Positions 41,364 to 50,657 of a DNA stretch of 64,000 bases are shown piece by piece. A program made the translations under genes and the position numbers. Each line of letters begins with the position of its first letter. The first letter of the stretch is position 1. Origin of the DNA: Bacteroidota bacterium (lineage in GTDB: Bacteria; Bacteroidota; Bacteroidia; Flavobacteriales; Flavobacteriaceae); NCBI GenBank assembly GCA_046047415.1, contig JBJOHX010000025.1:46052-110051 (forward strand), given 5' to 3'. The notes below the pieces were generated by a model. It made no database searches and was not told the DNA's origin. It saw only the letters and a list, made by a program, of their open reading frames with translations.

Positions 41364-42278
41364 CTACCCCAGTGTAATTGTTGATATGGCTTCGAAAAAA
41401 TCGGCCGCATCTATTCCCATTTGCTGACAGATCCATCGGGCGCCTTCTAAATTTCGGGCCTCAAAAGCTTCGGGTAAATTGAGTGGCATTGGCCCTTCCG
41501 GAGTTTCTAACCAGGTTTGCCCCTCCGACCGGCTGTTTTCAGGTGTGCAGTACGGAAATTTACGAATGGGCTTTTCTAATTTTTGTATTGCGTTGTTAAG
41601 CTCTAATATTTCTGAATTATAAGTTATGCTTCCGCCAGGTATAATGTTATTTAAGAAGGCGTCCATCACAGAATGCAATGTACCTTCACCTGTATTGGAT
41701 GCATACATGTCTCCTATTGAAGCGGTTAGCAAGGCAATATTGGGACTATAGTTGAATAAGGGTAGCCGAATATTTGGCATGCCTTCTATGGTGGCCGGCC
41801 CTTTAATTAAAATAAAATCATTGGAGTGGGTAAATCGGACAATTTGATTTAAATCACCTTCGGAGCTGCTTAAAAAATAATCGATTTCCCGATCCCAATA
41901 TTGCAACACTTCACGTATAATTTGAATGATTTGGGTGGTTTCCAGATTTCCTGCTACTACAACACGTGTTTTATTTCGGGTCATTTCCAACAGCATTTCT
42001 GTTCCCTGAATGGTTCGAATCCCAAGCTTTCTGGCTGCTTGAATTTCGGGGTTTTCGGAATCTTCGCCCTGTTCTAATACCACCAAATCCAATGAACTGA
42101 CAATGCGAACAGGATCCCAACCTAGCGTAACAGGGCAAACGTTTATTTCTTGAAGCATTTCCCGACCCTTCGGCGATAGCGAAATGCTACTCCCTGTAAT
42201 CCGAAATCCCAATTGAACTAGTGCCGCCGCCATAAGACAGCTTGCCTCCTCCTCTAATCCGATAAAATGAATTTCCAT
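41364..42278 (-). CDS. Truncated Mur-ligase (Mpl/MurC)-like protein lacking the ATP P-loop
   Basis: 304 aa. Residues 1-30 (MEIHFIGLEEEASCLMAAALVQLGFRITGS) align by eye with Mpl MRIHILGICGTFMGGLAMLARQLGHEVTGS. The position of the Mpl P-loop AGTHGKTTT reads AGNLETTQI. The C-terminal Mur-ligase domain is absent. Confidence 0.55.
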   Translation of the reverse strand: MEIHFIGLEEEASCLMAAALVQLGFRITGSSISLSPKGREMLQEINVCPVTLGWDPVRIVSSLDLVVLEQGEDSENPEIQAARKLGIRTIQGTEMLLEMTRNKTRVVVAGNLETTQIIQIIREVLQYWDREIDYFLSSSEGDLNQIVRFTHSNDFILIKGPATIEGMPNIRLPLFNYSPNIALLTASIGDMYASNTGEGTLHSVMDAFLNNIIPGGSITYNSEILELNNAIQKLEKPIRKFPYCTPENSRSEGQTWLETPEGPMPLNLPEAFEARNLEGARWICQQMGIDAADFFEAISTITLG

Positions 42279-42350
42279 GTCTTTAACCGCTTATACCTTG
42301 TAAAGATAGCGTTTGTAAAAAGGTTGTACGAGTAGTGGAATCATTTGCAA

Positions 42351-42358
42351 TAGTTTTG
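42351..42358 (+). promoter_or_regulatory. Candidate -7 promoter box (TAnnTTTG)
   Basis: TAGTTTTG, 53 nt upstream of the ATG at 42411. This is a motif match only. Confidence 0.25.
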
Positions 42359-42410
42359 GTAAATCCACTACATTTAGGAGCACAGTGGAACTCAATAACC
42401 AGAAATTAAA

Positions 42411-43196
42411 ATGCATATTACCCTAAACGGCAAACACGCTTTGGTGGGCGGAAGTAGCAAAGGTATTGGCCTTGCCATTGGAAAACAATTGGCCCGTAGT
42501 GGTGCTAAAGTAACCCTCGTTGCGCGGTCAGAAGAAATCCTCAAGACTCAAATAGAACAATTAAATAGAGAAACCAATCGAGAACACCGGTATTTGGTTG
42601 CAGACTACCTCGATGTTCAACAGTATAATGAACTCATTGAAGAACTGCTTGTAAAAGACCCGGTAGACATTTTGGTTAATAATACCCAAGGTCCTGTTGC
42701 TGGTACAGCATTGGAAATGACCCCGGAGCACTATTTGGAAGCTTTTGAATTGCTCTTTCAACGCGCCGTTTTCACTACGTTAAAGGTGTTGCCTCACATG
42801 CAACAGCAGGGTTGGGGAAGAATTATTAATGTGGCGTCGGTTTCCGTTAAGGAACCTCTAAGCTACCTGGCGCTCTCCAACAGCATGCGATCCGCATTGG
42901 TTAGCTGGGCGAAAACCCTTGCTGGAGATGTAGGACCCTTCGGAATTACGGTAAACTCTTTATTAACAGGATATTTTGACACCGAACGACTAGCGAGTCT
43001 TAACGCAAAAAAAGGCGCTCAAATGGGCATTCCTGTGGAGGAGGTTACCGACAGGCTCAAGGCCATGGTACCCATGAGGCGGCTTGGTAAACCTGAAGAA
43101 TATGGCTACTTAGCAACTTTTTTGGCGTCTGATTTTGCAGCATATCTTACTGGTACGGCCATTCCTATAGACGGCGGACTACTAAAATCGGTTTAA
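42411..43196 (+). CDS. SDR-family protein (FabG/BKR-like) with a non-canonical active-site region
   Basis: 261 aa with cofactor motif GGSSKGIGLAIG. The canonical YxxxK position reads S-N-S-M-R. Confidence 0.75.
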   Translation: MHITLNGKHALVGGSSKGIGLAIGKQLARSGAKVTLVARSEEILKTQIEQLNRETNREHRYLVADYLDVQQYNELIEELLVKDPVDILVNNTQGPVAGTALEMTPEHYLEAFELLFQRAVFTTLKVLPHMQQQGWGRIINVASVSVKEPLSYLALSNSMRSALVSWAKTLAGDVGPFGITVNSLLTGYFDTERLASLNAKKGAQMGIPVEEVTDRLKAMVPMRRLGKPEEYGYLATFLASDFAAYLTGTAIPIDGGLLKSV

Positions 43197-43238
43197 TGCT
43201 TCAATAGACCGATTTTTATACGCGCCACCCAATTTCTA

Positions 43239-44240
43239 TTAATCGTTCAAAAGTTCCCAAAGGCGGTCTTTGAGTTGCGGAATTCCCATCCCAGAAACCG
43301 ATGAAATCAAGGCAAAAGGAACCTTAGGTATAGTTTCCCTTAGTTGTTGTCCCAGCTCTTCACGAAGTTCGGCATCTAAAAGGTCACATTTTGAAATTGC
43401 CAAAAACCGGCGTTTATCGAGCAATTCAGGATTGTATTTACCCAGCTCCGTTAAAAGAATTTGGTACTCATTGGCAATATCTGCACTGTCTGCCGATATT
43501 AAAAACAGCAGTGTAGCATTTCGTTCTATATGACGTAAAAAATAATGCCCAAGGCCTTTACCTTCGGATGCACCTTCAATAATACCCGGAATATCGGCGA
43601 TTACAAAACTGCGAAAGTCTCGGTATTGCACAATACCCAGGTTGGGCTTTAAGGTTGTAAATTCGTAATCTGCTATTTTGGGCTTAGCAGAAGTGAGGGC
43701 CGCAAGTAAGGTAGATTTACCAGCATTTGGAAAACCGACCAAACCTACATCTGCCAAAACTTTGAGTTCCAGAATTAATTCACACTCCTCTCCCGGCCTA
43801 CCGGGTTGCGCATATCTCGGCGTTTGGTTGGTAGAAGACCTAAAATGCCAGTTTCCGAGCCCTCCAATACCTCCTTTGGCAGCAATAACTTCCTGACCTT
43901 CTTCTGTGATTTCAAAAAGAATATTACCAGACTCTGCCTCTTTTACCACTGTACCCAAAGGGACTTCCAAAACTACATCCTGCCCGTCTGCACCCGTACT
44001 GCGTTGACGTCCGCCGTGCTCTCCGTGTCCGGCCTGAAAATGCTTTTGAAATTTAAATCCTAAAAGGGTCCAAAGGTTTTTATTCCCGCGAATGATGGCA
44101 TGCCCACCACGTCCGCCATCTCCACCATCGGGCCCACCTTTAGCTACAAATTTTTCCCGACGCAGGTGCGCAGAACCTTGTCCTCCTTTACCAGAACGGA
44201 CTTGCACTTTTACATAATCAACAAAATTTCCTTCGGTCAT
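43239..44240 (-). CDS. obg: GTPase Obg/CgtA
   Basis: 333 aa with an N-terminal Gly-rich Obg fold ([12 protein letters not shown]) and the G1 motif GFPNAGKST. Confidence 0.95.
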   Translation of the reverse strand: MTEGNFVDYVKVQVRSGKGGQGSAHLRREKFVAKGGPDGGDGGRGGHAIIRGNKNLWTLLGFKFQKHFQAGHGEHGGRQRSTGADGQDVVLEVPLGTVVKEAESGNILFEITEEGQEVIAAKGGIGGLGNWHFRSSTNQTPRYAQPGRPGEECELILELKVLADVGLVGFPNAGKSTLLAALTSAKPKIADYEFTTLKPNLGIVQYRDFRSFVIADIPGIIEGASEGKGLGHYFLRHIERNATLLFLISADSADIANEYQILLTELGKYNPELLDKRRFLAISKCDLLDAELREELGQQLRETIPKVPFALISSVSGMGIPQLKDRLWELLND

Positions 44241-44277
44241 TGCTGCGTTTTACCTCCGATTCTTATTTAATGCATAA

Positions 44278-44850
44278 TTATAGGGCATCAATTAATGCCG
44301 CTAATCTAGCTGTAATTTCGGGGATATCGCCAATACCATTGACGCTGTGAAATTTTCCTTGCCCCTCGTAAAACGCGCGTAATGGCGCCGTTTTTTGATT
44401 GTATTCCTGAAATCGAAAACGTATTTTGGTTTCGTCTTGGTCGTCTGCACGCCCACTTTCCTTTCCGCGTTCCAACAATCGAGAGACCAATACCTCGTCA
44501 TCGGCCTCCAACGCTATGGTTGCATCAATTTTCATATTTCCAGAGTCCAGAAATTGATCCAATGCTTGGGCCTGTGCAGTAGTTCTTGGAAAACCATCGA
44601 ATATGAAGCCGGCCGCATTTGGATTTTTTGCCACCTCTTCCTGAAGCATGTCTATAGTAACCTGATCGGGGACCAGTTCTCCTTTATCCATGTAGGATTG
44701 GGCTAACTTGCCCAGTGCGGTTCCGGTTTTCATATTGAATCGAAACACATCCCCAGTAGAAATGTGAATCAGGTTGTAGCGTTCTTTTAAAAAAGCTGCC
44801 TGGGTGCCTTTGCCTGCTCCGGGTTTGCCGAATAATACCAGGTTTATCAT
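44278..44850 (-). CDS. adk: Adenylate kinase
   Basis: 190 aa with P-loop GKPGAGKGTQA. The short lid has no zinc Cys residues. Confidence 0.95.
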   Translation of the reverse strand: MINLVLFGKPGAGKGTQAAFLKERYNLIHISTGDVFRFNMKTGTALGKLAQSYMDKGELVPDQVTIDMLQEEVAKNPNAAGFIFDGFPRTTAQAQALDQFLDSGNMKIDATIALEADDEVLVSRLLERGKESGRADDQDETKIRFRFQEYNQKTAPLRAFYEGQGKFHSVNGIGDIPEITARLAALIDAL

Positions 44851-45392
44851 GATGTTTGTTTTAATTGATATATAGCTCTTAAATTTCTACCCTGTTCTCT
44901 GTAATCCAATCCATATCCAACAATAAATCGGTCAGGTATTTCCAGTCCAAAATAGTCGATCGGATATTCTCCTTTGTAGACCTGTGATTTGTAGAACAAT
45001 GTAGCAATGCGAAAATCTTTTACGTGGGTCCCCGACAATAAATGATACAACTCCTGTACGGTACGTCCTGTATCTACGATATCCTCAAGGATAATTACAT
45101 GTCTCCCCGAGAGATCCTCTGGAAAATCGAGCAAGGTTTTAACGAGTCCTGTAGAAGTAAGTCCTCTGTAAGAACTCAGCTTAACAAAGCTAACCTCGCA
45201 AGGATTTTGATACGCCTTTAAAAAGTCCGAAACAAACATAAAGGCCCCATTTAATACCCCTACAAATAAGGGTATCTGATCTTTGTAATCCCTAGCTATA
45301 TCTCGGGCAATCCGGGATACAGCTTCTTGAATTTCCGCTTCGGAAATAAAGGGCTCAAATTGTTTGTCGAGAAGTGTGATGGTTTTTTCCAT
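44847..45392 (-). CDS. hpt: Hypoxanthine(-guanine) phosphoribosyltransferase
   Basis: 181 aa with the PRPP-binding motif VIILEDIVDTGRT. It overlaps adk by 4 nt. Confidence 0.9.
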   Translation of the reverse strand: MEKTITLLDKQFEPFISEAEIQEAVSRIARDIARDYKDQIPLFVGVLNGAFMFVSDFLKAYQNPCEVSFVKLSSYRGLTSTGLVKTLLDFPEDLSGRHVIILEDIVDTGRTVQELYHLLSGTHVKDFRIATLFYKSQVYKGEYPIDYFGLEIPDRFIVGYGLDYREQGRNLRAIYQLKQTS

Positions 45393-45468
45393 GCCTAATT
45401 ACCCCGCGAAGATACTATTTTTGGTATTTCTTTAGGTAGACCAGTTCTGCGCATTCGCAGATTAGCCT

Positions 45469-45476
45469 TACTTTTG
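45469..45476 (+). promoter_or_regulatory. Candidate -7 promoter box (TAnnTTTG) for purK
   Basis: TACTTTTG, 33 nt upstream of the purK ATG. This is a motif match only. Confidence 0.3.
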
Positions 45477-45508
45477 CAACAGATAAAGTCAACCCCGAAA
45501 ACAATACT

Positions 45509-46675
45509 ATGGCGGGAAATTCAAACTACTTTTCATCTGATTTTAAGCTTGGCATTCTGGGCGGTGGACAATTGGGTAAGATGTTATTGTATGAAACCCG
45601 GAAATGGGACATTCAAACGAAAGTCTTGGATCCTTCGGCAGAGGCCCCGGCAAGATTAGCGTGTAATGAATTCGTTCAGGGCGATTTAATGAACTACGAG
45701 GCTGTGATGTCCTTTGGAGCGGGTCTTGACGTACTGACCATTGAGATTGAGAATGTAAACGTTCAGGCTCTCGAAGATTTAGAGGATCAGGGCGTTGCTG
45801 TATACCCTCAACCCGAGGCACTCAAAATCATTCAAAATAAAGCCCATCAAAAATTATTTTACCGGGATGCAGGAATTCCTACTGCGCCTTTTACGCGATT
45901 TGCCTATACAAGCGAAATAACGGACAGTCTAGCCAATGGGGGACTCACTTTGCCGTTTGTTTGGAAGAGCGCACGATTTGGTTATGACGGTCAGGGAGTG
46001 AAAATTGTTAGACAACTCCAGGATTTACAAGGACTACCCAATGTGGAATGTATCGCAGAAACGCTTATCCCATTTAAACACGAGCTTGCTGTTATTGTTG
46101 CCCGGAATAGCAAAGGCGAGGTTACCACCTACCCTGTGGTTGAAATGGAATTTCACCCGGAGGCCAATCAGGTGGAATATGTATTATGTCCGGCGCGAAT
46201 TCCAATTGAAGTGGCAGAAAAAGCCCGGAAAACAGCACTCCGGGTTTCTGAAAGTTTAAAACATGTGGGCTTACTGGCAGTGGAGCTGTTCCATACTGCC
46301 AATGATGAAATTTTGGTAAATGAAATTGCCCCTAGACCTCATAATAGTGGACATTTTAGTATAGAAGGCAGTTATACAAATCAATTCGAGCAACACTTGC
46401 GTGCCGTGCTAAACTTACCTTTGGGTATTACGGAGAACAAGGTAGCCACCGTTATGGTAAATTTAGTGGGTGAAGCAGGCTTCACTGGTCCGGTGGTTTA
46501 CGAAGGTATGGAAGCTGTATTACAACTTCCCGGCGTTACCCCACACATTTATGGAAAACGCGAAACCCGACCATTTCGTAAAATGGGGCATGTTACCATA
46601 GCAGATGCAGCTTTGGATCGTGCACGTGAAGTGGCTCAGCGGGTCAAGGAATTACTTAAGGTCCGATCCAATTAA
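45509..46675 (+). CDS. purK: 5-(carboxyamino)imidazole ribonucleotide synthase
   Basis: 388 aa, ATP-grasp, with N-terminus LGILGGGQLGKM and the motif NEIAPRPHNSGH. Confidence 0.93.
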   Translation: MAGNSNYFSSDFKLGILGGGQLGKMLLYETRKWDIQTKVLDPSAEAPARLACNEFVQGDLMNYEAVMSFGAGLDVLTIEIENVNVQALEDLEDQGVAVYPQPEALKIIQNKAHQKLFYRDAGIPTAPFTRFAYTSEITDSLANGGLTLPFVWKSARFGYDGQGVKIVRQLQDLQGLPNVECIAETLIPFKHELAVIVARNSKGEVTTYPVVEMEFHPEANQVEYVLCPARIPIEVAEKARKTALRVSESLKHVGLLAVELFHTANDEILVNEIAPRPHNSGHFSIEGSYTNQFEQHLRAVLNLPLGITENKVATVMVNLVGEAGFTGPVVYEGMEAVLQLPGVTPHIYGKRETRPFRKMGHVTIADAALDRAREVAQRVKELLKVRSN

Positions 46676-46684
46676 TTGCAAAAC

Positions 46685-47185
46685 ATGAAGAAAGTAGCCG
46701 TAATTATGGGAAGCACAAGCGATCTGCCGATTATGCAGGACGCTATAGATGTTTTAAAGTCTTTTAACATTCCAATGGTTGTTGATATAGTATCTGCCCA
46801 TCGGACTCCGGATAAAATGGCGAGCTTTGCACGGGAGGCCCATGTAAATAATATTGGTGTTATTATTGCAGGGGCTGGAGGAGCAGCTCACCTTCCCGGC
46901 ATGGTAGCATCTTACACTCCGTTGCCTGTAATTGGCGTTCCGGTTAAAAGCAGTAATTCTATAGACGGATGGGATTCGGTATTGTCTATCCTTCAGATGC
47001 CCGGAGGAGTTCCTGTGGCAACCGTTGCCCTAAATGGCGCCAAAAATGCAGGTCTACTAGCTGCACAAATTTTAGGTAGTTCGGATCCGGCCTTGCTTCA
47101 AAAAATTCAAGCCTACAAAGCAGACTTAAAAACTAAAGTGGAAGCCGGTGCCCAAGAGGTAAGGAACCGTTTTTCACAAGAGTAA
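46685..47185 (+). CDS. purE: 5-(carboxyamino)imidazole ribonucleotide mutase
   Basis: ATG at 46685 gives MKKVAVIMGSTSDL; the motif GAGGAAHLPGMVAS is present. Confidence 0.95.
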   Translation: MKKVAVIMGSTSDLPIMQDAIDVLKSFNIPMVVDIVSAHRTPDKMASFAREAHVNNIGVIIAGAGGAAHLPGMVASYTPLPVIGVPVKSSNSIDGWDSVLSILQMPGGVPVATVALNGAKNAGLLAAQILGSSDPALLQKIQAYKADLKTKVEAGAQEVRNRFSQE

Positions 47186-47214
47186 TCTAATAATAACATG
47201 CTTATCTGTATCTC

Positions 47215-49242
47215 ATGAAGAATCCCTTGTTAGAGGATTTTGATCTCGCCCCATTCGCAAAACTGCGCACCGAACATTTTAAAGATGCATTTTTGAAGGC
47301 TCTAGAAGCCGCAAAACAGGAAATTGAACAGATTGTAAATCAAACCGGTGCCCCTACCTTTCAAAATACCCTGGAAGCGTTGGATTTTTCGGGATATAAA
47401 CTAGATCGCATAAGCAGCATTTTCTTTAATCTGAATTCGGCAGAAACCAACAAAGAAATACAGCAATTGGCCCAGGAAATTTCGCCCTTGCTCACCGAAT
47501 TTAGCAATGACATTACCTTAAATGAAAAATTATTCCAAAGGGTTCGGGAAGTTTATGAGCAGCGGGAAAGTTTAGACTTAAGTCCGGAACAAAACACTTT
47601 GCTCGATAAAAAATTCAAGCATTTTAGCCGAAACGGAGCCCTTTTAGATCCCGAAGCCAAAAATAAGCTCAGATTATTAGACACGCGACTGGCAAAACTT
47701 AAACTTACCTTTGGAGAGCACGTATTGGAAGAAACCAACTCCTATGCCCTCCATTTAACGGAACCCGAATCGGTATTGGGCTTGCCGGAATCGGCCATAG
47801 AGGCCGCCCGTGCCCGTGCCGAATCCGAGGGAAAAACCGGTTGGATCATTACCTTAGATTTTCCCTCCTACATGCCCTTTATGAAATACGCCGACAATCG
47901 CGAGCGGCGGCGTGAGCTAGCCATTGCCTATGGCAGTAAAGGTTATCACGGAAATGCCCTAGACAACCGCGAAATTGTCCTTGAAATAGCCAACTTGAGG
48001 TACCAGCGAGCCAAGCTCTTAGGATACGACACCCATGCGCACTTTGTGTTGGAAGAACGAATGGCCGAATCCCCACAAAATGTTTCAAATTTCCTATCTG
48101 ATTTGCTACAAAAATCCCTTCCGGCCGCCAAAGGTGAATTACAAGAACTGGCAGATTTTGCTTTGAGACGTGATGGCATTGAACGCCTGGAATCTTGGGA
48201 CAGTGCCTATTATATCGAAAAATTAAAGCAAGAAAAATTTCAGCTAGACGACGAGGCGTTAAAACCTTACTTTGAATTGAATCAGGTCTTACAAGGTGTT
48301 TTTGCCATTGCAGGAAAACTTTTTGAATTAAATTTTGAATTGGATTCTAAGGTGGAAACCTATCACCAAGAGGTACAAGCCTATCGTGTTACCGATGGAT
48401 CGGGTAATCTTAAGGCCCTATTTTACGCAGATTTTCATCCAAGACCCGGCAAACGTGGTGGGGCCTGGATGACCTCTTATAAATCTCAGTTTCGCAAAGG
48501 TCTTAACAATGAGCGACCGCACATTTCCATTGTTTGCAATTTCTCGAGGGCCTCAAAAAACACCCCGGCCCTCTTAACCTTTAATGAGGTTACTACACTA
48601 TTTCACGAATTTGGCCACGCCCTACACGGTATGCTTGCCGATACAACCTATCCTGGATTATCTGGAACTTCGGTATACTGGGATTTTGTGGAATTACCCA
48701 GTCAAATTATGGAAAACTGGTGCTATGAGCCCGAAGCCTTGGCGCTGTTCGCCAAACATTATCTGACCGGCGAAGTCATTCCTATGGAATGGATTGAAAA
48801 GATAAAAGCGAGTTCCAATTTTATGGAGGGCATGGCTACGGTGCGTCAACTAAGTTTTGGCCTCCTAGATATGGCTTGGCACGGAACAAATCCAGAGGGT
48901 ATACAAGACGTAAAAGACTATGAATCCGAGGCATTTGGCCCAACCCGACTGTTTCCCGAGAATTCTCAAACATGTATGTCTACGGCTTTTTCACACATCT
49001 TCCAGGGCGGGTATGCGTCCGGGTATTACAGCTACAAATGGGCCGAGGTTTTAGATGCCGATGCTTTTGCACTATTTCAAGAGACCGGAATTTTTAATTC
49101 AGATACCGCCAAAAAATTTCAGGAACATATCCTGTCCAAAGGCGGAACTGAAGACCCAATGGATTTGTACGTGCGATTTCGAGGGCGCAAACCGGAAATC
49201 CAGGCCCTGCTAAGACGTGCTGGCTTACTTGTGGAACAATAG
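47215..49242 (+). CDS. dcp: M3-family zinc metallopeptidase (peptidyl-dipeptidase Dcp / oligopeptidase A type)
   Basis: 675 aa with the HEFGH zinc motif (TLFHEFGHALHGM) and a downstream Glu in FVELPSQ. Confidence 0.8.
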   Translation: MKNPLLEDFDLAPFAKLRTEHFKDAFLKALEAAKQEIEQIVNQTGAPTFQNTLEALDFSGYKLDRISSIFFNLNSAETNKEIQQLAQEISPLLTEFSNDITLNEKLFQRVREVYEQRESLDLSPEQNTLLDKKFKHFSRNGALLDPEAKNKLRLLDTRLAKLKLTFGEHVLEETNSYALHLTEPESVLGLPESAIEAARARAESEGKTGWIITLDFPSYMPFMKYADNRERRRELAIAYGSKGYHGNALDNREIVLEIANLRYQRAKLLGYDTHAHFVLEERMAESPQNVSNFLSDLLQKSLPAAKGELQELADFALRRDGIERLESWDSAYYIEKLKQEKFQLDDEALKPYFELNQVLQGVFAIAGKLFELNFELDSKVETYHQEVQAYRVTDGSGNLKALFYADFHPRPGKRGGAWMTSYKSQFRKGLNNERPHISIVCNFSRASKNTPALLTFNEVTTLFHEFGHALHGMLADTTYPGLSGTSVYWDFVELPSQIMENWCYEPEALALFAKHYLTGEVIPMEWIEKIKASSNFMEGMATVRQLSFGLLDMAWHGTNPEGIQDVKDYESEAFGPTRLFPENSQTCMSTAFSHIFQGGYASGYYSYKWAEVLDADAFALFQETGIFNSDTAKKFQEHILSKGGTEDPMDLYVRFRGRKPEIQALLRRAGLLVEQ

Positions 49243-49247
49243 GTTAG

Positions 49248-49607
49248 TTAACGCTTTTTAGCTGCGAGATATGCGTCGTAACCACCGGTAAGATTCACCA
49301 CATGTTTAAAACCCATATCGCGTAACTTTTGAGCAGACTGAGCACTTCGGCCGCCTACTTTGCAATACACGTAGATTTTTCGGTTTTTATCGACAGCAGA
49401 CCATTTCGATGCAAAATTTGGATTGAGCCAATCTATATTTTGGGCTCCGTCTAAATGACCTTGTTGAAATTCACCCGGCGTACGCACATCTACCAATAGC
49501 GCTCCTTCTTGCAATTTTGCCTTTGAAAAAGATGTAATAGGCTCATTTTGCGCCTCTGCGCAGGAAACTAAAAAAAGAGCGGATAAAATTAGAATAAATC
49601 GCTTCAT
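49248..49607 (-). CDS. Secreted/lipoprotein rhodanese-domain sulfurtransferase
   Basis: 119 aa with a signal peptide and lipobox-like LFLVSC, and the active-site loop YCKVGGRSAQ. Confidence 0.8.
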   Translation of the reverse strand: MKRFILILSALFLVSCAEAQNEPITSFSKAKLQEGALLVDVRTPGEFQQGHLDGAQNIDWLNPNFASKWSAVDKNRKIYVYCKVGGRSAQSAQKLRDMGFKHVVNLTGGYDAYLAAKKR

Positions 49608-49701
49608 GGTCTTATCAATAGAAATGTAAAGGTACTATTTCCACTTCAATCAATTTGTTTCCTGCCGGATTTTAAACCGTAGCGTCAAAATTAATGCCAT
49701 T

Positions 49702-50520
49702 TTACAACATTAACGCCATTTGCAGAGCCCAAAAGGCTATTGGAATAGCCTCTACCCAGAAGGCGGCAAAATAGGGACCACGATTTGTGCTACTAAACTG
49801 AATACTACAGCCGGTCAAGAAAAAAGCAGTCAAATCCGAAACGAGCACAGGGGTATTTTTGGCTTCCAGACTCACGGTTGCAAGCACAAGCAAACCGGTA
49901 ACTGCCCAGCCCAATATACGGGTTCTTGAAATACCCAGTCGTCTTGGAAAAGTTAGAAGGGCATCAGGGTCGGTACCTGCATCACGAATTTCGAATGGCA
50001 ACATTAATAAACCCATCCAAAGAAAACGTTGCCCGGTGACTATCCAATAATACGGCTCGTGCATCCGTCCATCTTTAATTAAGGGAATGAGCAAGGTTAT
50101 CATGGTCCAAACCGCAGCAACCCACACCACCTTTAGCATGCCAAAACTTCTGAGATTTCGGAATCCTGGGAGGATTGGAATGGCGTAGATAGCGGTAAGC
50201 AGTGCTGCCATCGCAAGACTAATAACCCACTTAAATTCCAAAAATAAAAGACAAACTGTGGCAATTAATGCACTTATAAAGGACAACACTCGAATTGCCG
50301 GGCCACCACCTCTAAAATCCCTAAAAGGCCAATGACCGGAGGTCATTGTTTTAATGGCGTTATACCCTGCTATACCTCCCAAAAAGAGAACACAATAATA
50401 GGCCCATGGCAAGTTGATCGCATATCGCTGGGCAGATGCATGCAATAGTGCAACGAGCGCCACTGAAACGTGAATACTCCCTCTCACATAAAAGAAAAAA
50501 ATCGCGGAGATTGCGCGCAT
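49702..50520 (-). CDS. Multi-pass integral membrane protein, family not recognised
   Basis: ATG at 50520 (MRAISAIFFFYV); the track ORF start would run into the gcvP promoter region. About 8 hydrophobic segments. One Asp-rich loop (FEIRDAGTDPD) is faintly UbiA-like, but the canonical NDxxDxxxD motif is not seen. Confidence 0.45.
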   Translation of the reverse strand: MRAISAIFFFYVRGSIHVSVALVALLHASAQRYAINLPWAYYCVLFLGGIAGYNAIKTMTSGHWPFRDFRGGGPAIRVLSFISALIATVCLLFLEFKWVISLAMAALLTAIYAIPILPGFRNLRSFGMLKVVWVAAVWTMITLLIPLIKDGRMHEPYYWIVTGQRFLWMGLLMLPFEIRDAGTDPDALLTFPRRLGISRTRILGWAVTGLLVLATVSLEAKNTPVLVSDLTAFFLTGCSIQFSSTNRGPYFAAFWVEAIPIAFWALQMALML

Positions 50521-50619
50521 AATCCAAAGGTATACAAAGTGTTCATAAACTGGTTTTACAGTTAAAAACTTTCCAGTTTGCACCTGTGGGCAAATCATGT
50601 AATTGCGACTTTTTATCCC

Positions 50620-50627
50620 TAATTTTG
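50620..50627 (+). promoter_or_regulatory. Candidate -7 promoter box (TAnnTTTG) for gcvP
   Basis: TAATTTTG, 31 nt upstream of the gcvP ATG. This is a motif match only. Confidence 0.3.
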
Positions 50628-50657
50628 AAGATTCAAAAAAAAACAAGTGCCCACGCT

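Noticed and set aside
49248-50520. Rhodanese lipoprotein next to an 8-TM membrane protein; a possible sulfur-transfer or UbiA-like module.
   Set aside because: The two are separated by 94 nt. The membrane protein lacks the canonical UbiA Asp-rich motifs. Nothing beyond adjacency supports a functional link.
50521-50657. I looked for a glycine riboswitch upstream of gcvP.
   Set aside because: The 137-nt region lacks the conserved glycine-aptamer features (GGAGAG...CACCG / CUCUGGAGAG-type cores). Only a TAATTTTG promoter-like box was seen.
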